From Schizosaccharomyces osmophilus (taxonomy: Eukaryota), in contig NC_079238.1 in the NCBI RefSeq assembly GCF_027921745.1, positions 5,022,001-5,086,000 of the forward strand: DNA of 64,000 nucleotides, read 5' to 3'. Shown piece by piece: positions 1 through 11,691 of the stretch; positions within the stretch are counted from its first letter, which is position 1, and each line of letters opens with the position of its first letter. The position numbers were made by a program, and so were the translations under genes. A model generated the notes under the pieces. That model worked only from the letters and a program-made list of their open reading frames with translations, searched no databases and had not been told where the DNA came from.

Positions 1-3000
1 TCAATTGGCAACTGTATAGAAGCCAACGATTGCAAAGTTCCTGCTTCTAAATAGTAAAGCTTAGACCAAGCAGTTACTATTACTATGCGGATACTTCCGT
101 CGTAAAAGTTTGCTGATTCCATTGATGTTATGGAATCATTGATGTCCATATTAGGAAGCCTGCTACTTGAAATAATTTTATGCTTTTGGTTGTAAACATC
201 AAGCTGATGGACTTCAATAGATCCTTCTTGTGTAACAGATGCAAATGAATACGTATTTCCCATAAAGCATCCATTGACAACAGGAAACCGGCTTCTTTCT
301 CCATTTCGACGAGTATGGCCATATGCCAATCGACATTCACACTTCCAAAGCGGAATTTGATGATCACTTTCAACCAATTGCCATGCCCGAACTAGCCCAT
401 CTAATCCCAGTGTAACGAAAAACAAAGAATCAGGGCTTGCAATGATTCGCTTCATACCTCCCTCTTTGACATTTCCCAAATTCACCTGGGTAACACGGGA
501 TCCCTCTGGTTGCCAGTCAGTCCCTTGTAAACCTTTATTCGATTGTTTGTTCGAGTTTGTAATTTTTCCTCTTCTGCGGAGTGAGATAGATGATGCCCAG
601 CTAGGAGCGACGACAGGTCCAAAATCGACCGCAGCTACTGCAGCTTCGGCATAAATTTTATTAAGGTAGTTGGCTACATATGGGTTGCTTCCTGTATAAG
701 AAGATTTCTTGGCGCCATCTCTTAAACTGAGTTCGTTCGCAACAAGGCCGAGTAACGTATTTGAGTTTGTCGACATAGTAGGACTTGACTGCTCTAGACC
801 AGAAACCTTCGAGTCAACAGTTAAGCCATACTTGCCCATTCGCTTGTTTTTTCCAATTAATTCCCCTTCGACAGACGGTTCCCTGCTTAGTTGCTCATCG
901 TTATTATGCATTCGATGTTGTATCAATTGAGTTGAAGACTCGTTGTCAGTAGAAAGCATAGAATTTTCCGTGGAATCAGTTCTTCTTCGCTGGTTAGTTG
1001 GTTTTCTGCGGTGCATGATTGCCTCAGACAAAGTATTAGCTTCGGAAGATTTGGATTTTTGGTGATGTTGCTTATCGTTTGCTCTTTCTTTCAACGACTT
1101 AGTAGTAGATCCAAACGCATTGGTCATGTCAGTTCCAACATAAGCTGCAGATTCAGGTGAAACCACATCTTCGGTTTGTGAATGCTTGGTGTGCGTGGAT
1201 TCTGCATATTTATTAACAACTGCTTCCACGTTTTCGGTTAATATATATGGTGAATAAGGAGCTTCAGGATTCCAAAATATCATCTCGGGCAATATGTGCA
1301 AAGGCGATTTGGGAGCTTCCTTTGATTGATTAAAAGCAAGCTCACTTTCCCGTTTTCTTATTAAAATTCCAGAGTTGGTAATCGTTCTAAATATGTATTC
1401 ACGAAGATTTCCAAGAATAAACAAATGCTCCTCCTTTATACCCATCTTCTGAATAATATCAATCCACTTGCGATCATTATTATTCAATTCGAGTGCTTCC
1501 GATGAAGTTAGTATCGTATGTCCCAAAATATAGAGCTTCTTTCTAGGTCGTAAATTTGAAATGAAATAATTTCCATTTTTTGTTCTCTCCGAACTCAGTT
1601 GTAAATCACCTATTTCATCATCATTGTTGGAAAGGTTAGGTGAGCGAACAGCCTTCCAAAATTCAGAGCTGTTGTCAGACTCAACAAACCAGTGTGTTAG
1701 TGTTGACCAAACTGAAGCCGGCACCATCGGAATAATAAAAAGATCGAGTTCTTCTAGACTATTTATGTCGTAAATAGGAGACAATAAATACGGAAGAAGC
1801 ACAGGCATTAAAATGCACTGTCGATCAACCTCTTCCAAACATTTGTAGGTGGAGTAAATTACTGAAAGGGTAGCCTTCCTAGTATAGATATTGGGTATTA
1901 TGGAAAAGGGTAGAATGAGATGAAGGATCTTAAGGATAACGAGTTTGTCAAACAAGTGAAGCTCAATGAGTGCAGCAAACGATTCTAATACGCTCTCCAA
2001 CACTGCGGGTTCAGGATCGACCAAAGCTTGTAGCATTAAAGGCAAGATATACTCATCGACACTGCGAGAACCGATGAATATAGCGAGGCCAGTGATGCTT
2101 TCAAAAAAAGCAGATCGAAGCATCCAATCAGTATCATTTAGGTAAGTGATTAAATGACTCAGAATCAGATCATTTGACTTAGCTTTTCCAAAGAAGACGC
2201 ATAGAGGTGGGAGAGCACTTAGTAAGGATCTTCGCACAGTCGATGAGCCATCGGCCAACAACATTGAAACGTGTCTTTCTACCGTAACAACCAAATCATG
2301 ACGTCCAGTTTCAAATAATAATTCTGCTTTGCCATGATTTACGTTTTCGTATTCAGATTCTGGGAACGATAAAATTCCGGCATTTCTGAGAGACTGAGCA
2401 AGATTTACAAATTTAGAAGCCTGCCTCGCTAATTCTGGAAGACAGGATGCGTAAGTAGCACGACAACGAGAACTTGGGTCAGATAAATACCTTTGTAAAT
2501 CTGGAAACAAATATTCTTGAAATAAAAATGCATTGATAGGTGCGATAGCCCTAATATTTCTTACGAGACGAGTAATGGTTATCAGAGCTCGAATCCGCAC
2601 ATCTGTAAATTCGTCGGCAACAAGGGTCATTATAAAAGGCAAGACTGTATCCAGTTTTACTTCATCGGGAATACTAGTGGATAATATCTCTATAATCCTT
2701 AATGCATTCAGCTTTGATTCTCTAGTTCTGACGTGGCGTAAAGCAGTAAGAACAATTGGCAAAAGGATGCTGGCAGCATATATTGAAGCTTTTGAATAAT
2801 CGCTATCATAACTGTTATTATTTGTAGTAACTCCCCTTGTATTTTCAGAATGGACACTTTCACCCATTAACTTCTTCAAATTTTCCAAAAATAGTTGATA
2901 CCATTTGCCCGAAGCAAATGTCGTTTCAAATTCATCAGGCAAGGACGTATAAAGAGGAATAAACGAGCTTTCAAAATCATTATTCATTTTTCTAGATAAT

Positions 3001-4184
3001 AGATGGTCGTTAGAAACATTAGAAAAAGCATCATCAAACGGAATTAAATCATTAAAAATAGTATCCACTCTAGAAGAATAAATATACGGCTGATTTCGGA
3101 CGGGCTCTGCGTATGAAATGGTTTGTGGACTTAATAATTTACAGCAGTATTCATACAAGGGAGCATAGAAACATTCTGGAAACACAGTGCCTCGAAATCG
3201 CTTTAAATAATTATCGGCTGTATCACGTTTTGTAGGGTCACATTGAAGCATCTCCAAAATCATGTCCTGAGTGTCTTGATCTTTGATCTGACGAAGAACG
3301 GTAGCGATGTCGTAAGAATTGTTGGCCTTGTAATTGAAAAGCTGTGAGAGAGTAAAGAGTGGAGACCCTTCCAAGAGAAGCTCAGCGAAGACACATCCCA
3401 AGCTAAAAATATCCATCTCTGGCGTAAGGGGAGCTACGCGAATTTGTGAGTTTGGAACAAACCTTTCAGGAGCGATGTTACAGACGCGGCGAGAAGAAGT
3501 ATCGAAAAAATAGCTATAATCTGCCGGATTATCTTCGGGAAGAAACGTCGGTTTGAATGAGCTGAAGTCTGATATGTATACCCAGTTCCATGTAGTTACC
3601 AGTACGTTCTCAGTTTTAATGTCACCGTGACAAATCCCATGTTTATGGCAATCTGAGATTCCTTTAAGTAATTGAAACATAATCCATTTCTTTTCTGCAG
3701 AATCTAAAAATGGACGAGTAGATATCCTGTCATATAAATTATGTGCTACATAAGGACGCATTAAATAAGCAGCCCGCAATGTAACCAGCGTTTTCGTATA
3801 CGGGAGGATGTTGGGAGACCTTTCAAGTATTCTCTCTTGCTCCTCTAAAAATTTGTGTTAGCATCTGCATTCCTCATATTTCACGAATGATACGAATGAT
3901 AGGAATAGGGAGTGCACGAACCTTGTAGTGAATTGACAATGGCGGTAAGTGAGATTTCCGGCAACTTATTCACAAAAACTTTGATTAATTCTTCATTTCC
4001 TTTCCGTTTTAGGATGCGAAACGTTCGCAGAAATTGGGAATCCCCTAGACTATATTATACGTTAGAAGCAATGTTAGAATGATCCATTGGGAGCGGACCT
4101 TCGTTCATTATAGTAATCTGGAAGTTCTTCAGCAAATAACTCATGGAATTGGGGTGTCTGTATGGTCGATAATTGAATCCCCAT
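1..4184 (-). CDS. ppk19: Vps15-family (pseudo)kinase, PI3K Vps34 regulatory subunit. Exons 4184-4099, 4049-3922 and 3844-<1; the 3' end runs off the window edge.
   Basis: Hand translation gives MGIQLSTIQTPQFHELFAEELPDYYNERS|LGDSQFLRT..., then YDRISTRPFL, HGDIKTENVLVTTWNWVYISDFSSFKPTFLPEDNPADYSYFFDTSSRRVCNIAPERF, which is typical of Vps15. N-terminal MG is a myristoylation candidate. Absent from the ORF track because no stop lies in the window. Confidence 0.95.
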
Positions 4185-4624
4185 ATGGAAAAATTGTAGT
4201 ACTTGATTTTACATACTTACAGCATGCAAAGAGCCATGCATAGGTATTCTACTCTACTTAGGTGACAAAGTAACAGTAAATATTGGGATGAGCAAAAACA
4301 AAAATGAAGAACTGATTTTTGAAGTATTCTGGATTGAAAAATAACGAAAAATCTCTATGAAAGCTCTTATAACAGAATGGTAGTGATTAAGCTTCGTTTT
4401 GAACTAGAATTTTTTTTTTTTGGAATCGTTACTACCATCCGGTAAAGTATTAAAGTAGTGAAAAGTGAAGAAAATAAAAAAAATTGAAAAGACATTAACA
4501 TCAAGTTCCATCCTTAGGGAGTAGATTAGATGAATACCTTTTTCCAGATTCGCTCATTAGGAAAACCATCGTGAATCGTAGACGGCGCTTTCAGTGGGAG
4601 GAGGAGGGAATCAGATTTTTCTTT

Positions 4625-5419
4625 TTAAGTTTTATTTTCTTTTTTCCAAGAAAGAGCGTAAGATCCGATAGCACGAGCCATATCTTCGGCAGTGGAATTG
4701 CGACCAAACACTTCCACGAATTGTCCATTAGGGTCCATCAAGTAGAAAAAGACAGAATGATCCACTAGATAATCATCTTTGACTGGATCAACGTCTTTTG
4801 GTGTGGAGAAGTAAACGCGGAACTTTTTGCAGATATCTTGAATTTCATCGTGGGTGCCGGTTAAGCCAGTTATTTTGGGATGGAAGTCTGCTAAGTATTG
4901 GGCCATTTCAGAGGGAGGATCCCTAGCAGGATCGCAAGTGATAAACATAGGGTTCAAGACGTCTCCAACAATGTTGTTGACGATAACAATGGCAGCAGTC
5001 AGTTTGTCCAATTCGTCAGGACAAATGTCGGGACATCGAGTAAAACCAAAATAAACCATGGAAAACTTTCCCTTGAAATCTTGGTCCGTAACTCTTTCAC
5101 CGCGGTGATTTAGCAATGAAAAGGGGCCACCGAGCTTTGGCCTACCGACGGTCGACAACGCCTTTTCCTTCTTTGCCTCTATAGCCTTTTGCTTTTCATT
5201 TTGGAGGTAAAAATAAAGGCCTATACTAGTTACGGCTGCTACTGTAGCAGCTCGTACGGAAAGCATGCTTCTCCAAGAATGCTGGGTTGCAGTTTGCTTT
5301 CCAGCAATCATTCTACGGCCGTCTAACCTGGTTTGAAAGGGAGAAACTTTAGACCGAACGTTGGCTTTCAAGATACTGGCCATTTGGTTTGCTGGGCCAA
5401 GTGCTCTCCTACGAAACAT
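4625..5419 (-). CDS. sco1: Mitochondrial copper chaperone Sco1 (cytochrome c oxidase assembly)
   Basis: Basic presequence, single TM helix, GGPFSL, YFGFTRCPDICPDEL (CxxxC) and DYLVDHS. Confidence 0.96.
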   Translation of the reverse strand: MFRRRALGPANQMASILKANVRSKVSPFQTRLDGRRMIAGKQTATQHSWRSMLSVRAATVAAVTSIGLYFYLQNEKQKAIEAKKEKALSTVGRPKLGGPFSLLNHRGERVTDQDFKGKFSMVYFGFTRCPDICPDELDKLTAAIVIVNNIVGDVLNPMFITCDPARDPPSEMAQYLADFHPKITGLTGTHDEIQDICKKFRVYFSTPKDVDPVKDDYLVDHSVFFYLMDPNGQFVEVFGRNSTAEDMARAIGSYALSWKKENKT

Positions 5420-6053
5420 TGCACAAAAACTGTAAAGTGCTTTTAAAACGAAAAGTAAAAGCGGCCGATTGAAATTACAAAAAAATCCCCTAAATTACAA
5501 GGATTTTGTAGAAGTATGGCAAAAATGGAGATAAAAGATTCCTTTCTTGCTCAAAATGGTTGAGATTTGAATGACTGGAGGAGAAGTAGTCAATTAGGAA
5601 GTAAGAAGAATTCCCAACGTATTTGGCAAATCTCTCTTTTGTTTTTTCACACAAAATCTTAAATCCTAATATGGAAAATGCATTGAATCTGTGGTAGCAA
5701 CTGCTGCAATCTGTTTCCAGGAGCCATTGAGCATTTCGACGATTTCTACCTTGTGAAGGCTAGGTATGGAACCAGCATCTATTTAACAAACAATTGAAGA
5801 GAAGGAGATATTGAAAAAGATCAGGATTGGTTCGTGTACAGTCCATCATTTAATGACTCTTTGGCATGCAATAATTGGTTTTGCTTTTCGAGCCCAGCGG
5901 TCGGAGCTAAAAGGCAACAATGACTTTTCATTCTTCTTTAGTTTTTAATTTTGTTTTTACCGAAACGTAGACGACTGAAGCTTCTTTTTTGGAATTTTTT
6001 TCTATTATCGTACTAGACGATAATTACAATGTAAACAAGCGAGTGTCTTGTTT

Positions 6054-6073
6054 AATTGAATTGAATTGAATTG
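6054..6073. repeat. (AATTG)4 microsatellite
   Basis: aattgaattgaattgaattg read directly. Confidence 0.85.
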
Positions 6074-6338
6074 ATAGGAACCTCGTTGCACTTGATTTCA
6101 AAAGGCATTATGGAACCAAATTAATTTTCTGAAAAGCTGTGTTTCTGTTGGAGGATTGATCCCAAAGAACCCAAGTGTTTCGACAAAGTATTACCAACAT
6201 CTCTGTCGAAATTAATTAGAAACGTTTTCTTTTGATGTAGCTGCTCTTTCGTTCTTGAATAGAGAATGGTTTCCTTATGAATCACTTTCCATCTGTTACA
6301 GTTTGCTTACTACAAACATTTACATACACTAACTTGTG

Positions 6339-6364
6339 TTTTTTTTTTTTTTTTTTTTTTTTTT
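6339..6364. repeat. Poly(dA:dT) tract, 26 T
   Basis: Uninterrupted T run in the sco1-mei3 intergenic region. Confidence 0.9.
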
Positions 6365-6483
6365 CGGAATATAAATATAGATGAATAGGTACCCTAAAAA
6401 GAAATGTATAGTATAAAGAAAAGAATAACTTGTACAAAAAAATAGAAAATAAAGAGAGCCCTGAGAGAATTCAATGTCTCTAG

Positions 6484-6507
6484 GGCAAAGGCAAAGGCAA
6501 AGGCAAA
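6484..6507. repeat. (GGCAAA)4 microsatellite
   Basis: ggcaaaggcaaaggcaaaggcaaa read directly. Confidence 0.85.
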
Positions 6508-6797
6508 ACAACAGAAAACGGGACTTTGGGTGCGTATGGAAGAACGAGCGTGTGCGTTTTTGAAAACTCAATGAGTTTGAATAGGTGAGGAAAAGCTAGT
6601 CTTTCGTCGAAACCATGGTTCAAGAATCCTTTCGTCCTGAAAGCATTATAATAAAAACAACAACATTATGAGATCCAGTAAGAACGACATTATTAAAGAT
6701 AAAAAACAAATAAAAAGACGACAAATTAGTTAGAAAACGAAAGACAAAAGACGCATTCCTTGAAGAAATTGAATTTTAAGCTTTGTTTGTTTACAAT

Positions 6798-7166
6798 TTA
6801 ACGTAATTCATTGTTTACGCGATTTGTAATGTCTCGCGCCTTGTCCGACATAGGCATATGAAAGAGATCGAGTATGGTGGTTTCGTTCATGATTTCCGAG
6901 ATCGCTAAAGCTCGTTTTACCGAGTTTACAGAAGCTGCCTTGGACACCGTTGATATGTTTTCCTTATTCTCATTTACCGAAGAGGAAGGACAGTGGTTTA
7001 TACTACGACGGTATGCACGTTTAGAACGCTTCATTGGGTGACTGCGTACAAGTAGCAATGAGCCAGTACCACCACAGGTAACATTGAGAGACATGCTCTT
7101 GAAGGTACGGAAGGGAAGAGGAGTCTTGCGTTGAGGTTGAGAAATGGCATTGTTGGAAGGGCTCAT
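6798..7166 (-). CDS. mei3: Meiosis inducer Mei3 (Pat1/Ran1 kinase inhibitor), 122 aa
   Basis: Blocks RKTPLPFR, VTCGGTGSLLLVRSHPMKRSKR, ENKENI and NETTILDLF resemble S. pombe Mei3 as I recall it. The position between ubc4 and sco1 is syntenic. Confidence 0.88.
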   Translation of the reverse strand: MSPSNNAISQPQRKTPLPFRTFKSMSLNVTCGGTGSLLLVRSHPMKRSKRAYRRSINHCPSSSVNENKENISTVSKAASVNSVKRALAISEIMNETTILDLFHMPMSDKARDITNRVNNELR

Positions 7167-7432
7167 TTTGAAAGGTGAAAAGAAGAATGAATTACTTTAG
7201 AAAAGAGTGAATGAACGATGAATGAATATAGAAGAGAAGGAAATGGGTCCCATACTTATACCAATTCACCTTGGTTCTTTCATTCACTAGGATCAAGGAA
7301 TTGACTTGAAACTCTGTAAACCATTTTTTATATCCATATGAGAATAAAAAATGTACAAAATAACTATACTGTATAAATAACAGCTATTTCTTGAATATTG
7401 TTTCAAATTTTCCAATGTCGTTTAAAAATACT

Positions 7433-7576
7433 TTTACATATCCAAACTCATACTAATCTTTTTTGTTTATGTTTTAAAACCCTTTACATCCTTTGCAATT
7501 CCAAACCATTTCCTTTTGGCGGTCTATGAACGCTTAAAGACGCGTCCAAGTGTTTTTATTTACATCCACGACGCGT
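7433..7576. promoter_or_regulatory. Candidate mei3 upstream elements: TTTACAT(AT)CC x3 and two ACGCGT (MCB) motifs
   Basis: TTTACATATCC 7433-7443, TTTACATCC 7483-7491 and 7559-7567; ACGCGT 7540-7545 and 7571-7576. Function is inferred. Confidence 0.45.
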
Positions 7577-8097
7577 CGCTCAAAAAAGTTCATGGAGCCG
7601 TTCTCAGCCTCGAAACATCCTCATTCAATAACTAGATTTTTATTTAAATCTATTACTTTTTTCACCTTTACCTTTCTCTTTTTTCATTCAGCTCAGCTTG
7701 CTTACGACTACCGAGGCGTCCTCATGGAGGTGACATCCCCACATAAGCAACAAACATCGTAATAAAGACCGCTGTAAAATACGATGTAAACAAATACAGC
7801 AACAGGAAAGAACATCGATATTCCCTGGGAAACCTCACACCTCTCTTGATCGGGCCAAGTCATTTTCGTCTTGTTCCTATCCCCATTCCATTGTTCACTG
7901 TTGGTCTCCTCCAAAATAAAACCGTAAATTTGCTTCGTCATTCGATCAACCATTCCAATCCAAAGCACCTTCTGTAAGAGGCTCTCACATCCGTAGATCC
8001 TTTCCTACAAACTCCTCTTTGTCTACTTCTTTTCGCATTTTTACAACACCTTTAGGAAATAGCTTCTAAACCATCTTTTCTCGTAAACAAAAAAATA

Positions 8098-8170
8098 TGA
8101 CCACTAAGTGACTTGAACACCTGACTTCAAGATTTGGAATCTCACACTCTACCAACTGAGTTAAGCGGCC
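8098..8170 (-). tRNA. tRNA-Trp(CCA), intronless
   Basis: Reverse complement folds as GGCCGCT-TA-ACTC AGTTGGTA GAGT-G-TGAGA TT CCA AA TCTTG-AAGTC-AGGTG TTCAAGT CACTT-AGTGGTC-A; a T-run terminator follows. Confidence 0.93.
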
Positions 8171-8379
8171 GACTTGCTATGTACAAATGAAACTAAAATA
8201 TTTGATAGTGCAACTAAGAGCTATAAAGAAATTTTTATGAAAAACTTAATAGGCTTACAAGTTTTTTGGCGCTGTTGTCAGTCTTGATTACTTTTCTATT
8301 CTCACTTTTTATTTACTATAGTATCAAAATTCACATAGCAAACGAAATTTTGTTTATTCTTGTAATTTACAACAAATCT

Positions 8380-9257
<878 letters not shown>

Positions 9258-9657
9258 CTAATGTGGTATTCTTCCTACAGTTGTGGTGGTTTGTTCTTGG
9301 AAGATTATGGAGACTAATAGAATATACATATAAGGACGAAAATTCTTTCACGCACGGGTTCGAATCTCGTTGGTTCATTTAATTTTTTTAATGAATCCGT
9401 TTCAATAACGTTAAAATTAATTACGCAAATAAAAATGTAATCCCTAGTACTCACTAGTAAACAAAAGTGTATGGAAAAAATCGAAAGAAACAAAGTCAAT
9501 ACAAACAAAGATCCTTTCTGTCTCATTTATTTCATTTATGTCACATGCCTACACAAATTAAAATTCAAAATGAATTGTCATTGCTTTCATTCAACGTGTA
9601 AGTAATCTTCTCTATAAAAGACGAAACAACGATTTCGCAACTTTTCAATTTTTTTTT

Positions 9658-11243
9658 TTAAAAATCGCCCAAATCAGGCTCGTCATCATCTAAATCGGCC
9701 TCTGCCATTTCTTTGTCCATTCGTCGACGCGCTTCTTCTACATCTTCCAACTCACTCTTGTGAGCATCCATCGGGTAGCGCATACTCTTTACGCTGTCAT
9801 TATGAAGTGCCAAGCAAAACTGAATGCGTTCATGGAAAGCTTGCTGAGGTTGCTCTGTAGCGTAAATGTCAAATGCTTCGTTACTAGCCATAAAGGCATT
9901 CTTGTGGTCAATACTGGCATCAATTACACCGTCTCGAATGCCCTTGGCAACAATATACTCGGCGCTTTCTTCACTGTCCAAGCCCAACTTTATACAGACA
10001 TCTCGCAAAGAAACTCGGGAATATGACAAAGAAATCATTCTCAAACCCGTCTTAATTACTGTATGGCGCAATCTGCAAATTAAAGTATGTAGTCCGTCAT
10101 AACGAAATTCAGTTTCGTATTTTGACAACGCATCTGTAAAAGCGTTCAAATCACCAATTCGTACAGCTTGGCTGATGCGTAAGTAAGGAATTAGCGTTTT
10201 TTCCAAAGATTTTTGACGGAATATTCTTCTTTCGGGAATCTCTCCCATGAGCAATTGAACAACGACATGCAATTTGTAAACGGCTTGCAAGAATTGAACG
10301 GCATAAATGGTATTGGGTGCCTTTCGAATAGCACTCACCAAATGTTCATGAGCAGTAGTGTAATCCAACTGAATCGCGCGAATTCGTCCAAGATAGTATT
10401 GATAACGAATTGCCAAGTTGTTGCTTGCGTTGACAGGGAATACTGTTTTGGAAACCAATCGGTCTGCCTGATCATAAAGATTGAATTGAATATAATTGCG
10501 CAACAGTAAAGTCAAAATCATAGCTTGCGATTCTGTATCATGACGAAGAGTTGCTGTCCGGTGTACCGCCAGCAGGGTATTTCTGCACTCCACAGAACGG
10601 TTACATTTCTCGAGAAACAGGGTATAATAAAAGTATAGTTTTGCTGCAATCTGATCCAAAGTACGGCGATCAAATGATTGTAAGCGTTGCACAACCTTTA
10701 CCATGTAACCAGCACCATCATCATATTTTTCATTATAAAATAACGTAACACCAACCAACAACTGTAAATACATGCTGACTTCTGGGAGAGAAGCACCCTT
10801 GTTTTCGTTTTCGTCCTTGCTTTCATCCATTCGCAAATCATTCACCCCAATCACGCTAAGAAGTTCTTTCTTCGTTTCGGGCTCAGTAGAATAATATTTC
10901 TTGATAAGATGGCCTAAAGTTTCAACTGAAAGGCGACGACTGATGTTGGAAGTTGTTCTTAAAGCCCGATATACGAGTCTTGGATCTCTTTGCTTTGTAG
11001 CTTGATTTAAGGCAACAATATTAGCCTCAACATCTAACAAGCATTAGTTTTCATTTCTTTACATTCTGCTTCTTATTTTCTTACCTTGTAAAGCTGTTCT
11101 AGGTGCTTCAACTTTCTTCTCTACTTGATCCACTGATTTCGTAGTTTCCGGTTGTTTCACAGAATCTACCTCCATTTCTATTTTAATTAGCATATGTAAG
11201 AAGACTAAATTATATAATTCATACCTTTATGTTGCTCTGCCAT
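9658..11243 (-). CDS. rpn3: 26S proteasome lid subunit Rpn3. Exons 11243-11225, 11177-11085, 11033-9658.
   Basis: PCI-domain protein with YYLGRIRAIQLDY, RLRHTVIKTGLRMISLSYSRVSL and SVKSMRYP; two short 5' introns restore an ATG start. Confidence 0.94.
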
Positions 11244-11691
11244 ACTAATCTTGTATTTGGTAGTGGTCAAGTCAACGAATGTAGGTGTATGTAAGAATAT
11301 CCTAGACTAAACTTCGATTGTTACCTTATACACGAAAGAAATAACCCAAACTCCACAGTCATCTACAAATTGACTACAATAGTAACAATAAACTTGTTTA
11401 TTTATTGAATAAATCGAATTTTTTTAGTTAATAAAAGAGTGAATTTAATAAGGTATGCTTCTAAAGAAAGTCAACGTAATCAAGGAGAGGCTTCTTTATA
11501 AAATAAACCAAAAATAGCGTGAAATAGATTCAGTTATTAAATAAAAAAGCTTGCTTTTCATGTTCCAATTTTTACCCTTTTTCATATTTATGATATTCAT
11601 GTCATATTTTGAATAATAAGTAAGGCTTGGTCATTATCACTTTGTAAGTAAGGATTGTTGGAATAACAATAAATTAAACATAACAACCGAT

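Noticed and set aside
7550..7968. 70-aa and 86-aa ORFs between mei3 and tRNA-Trp
   Set aside because: Non-ATG starts, no recognisable similarity, and overlap with putative promoter motifs
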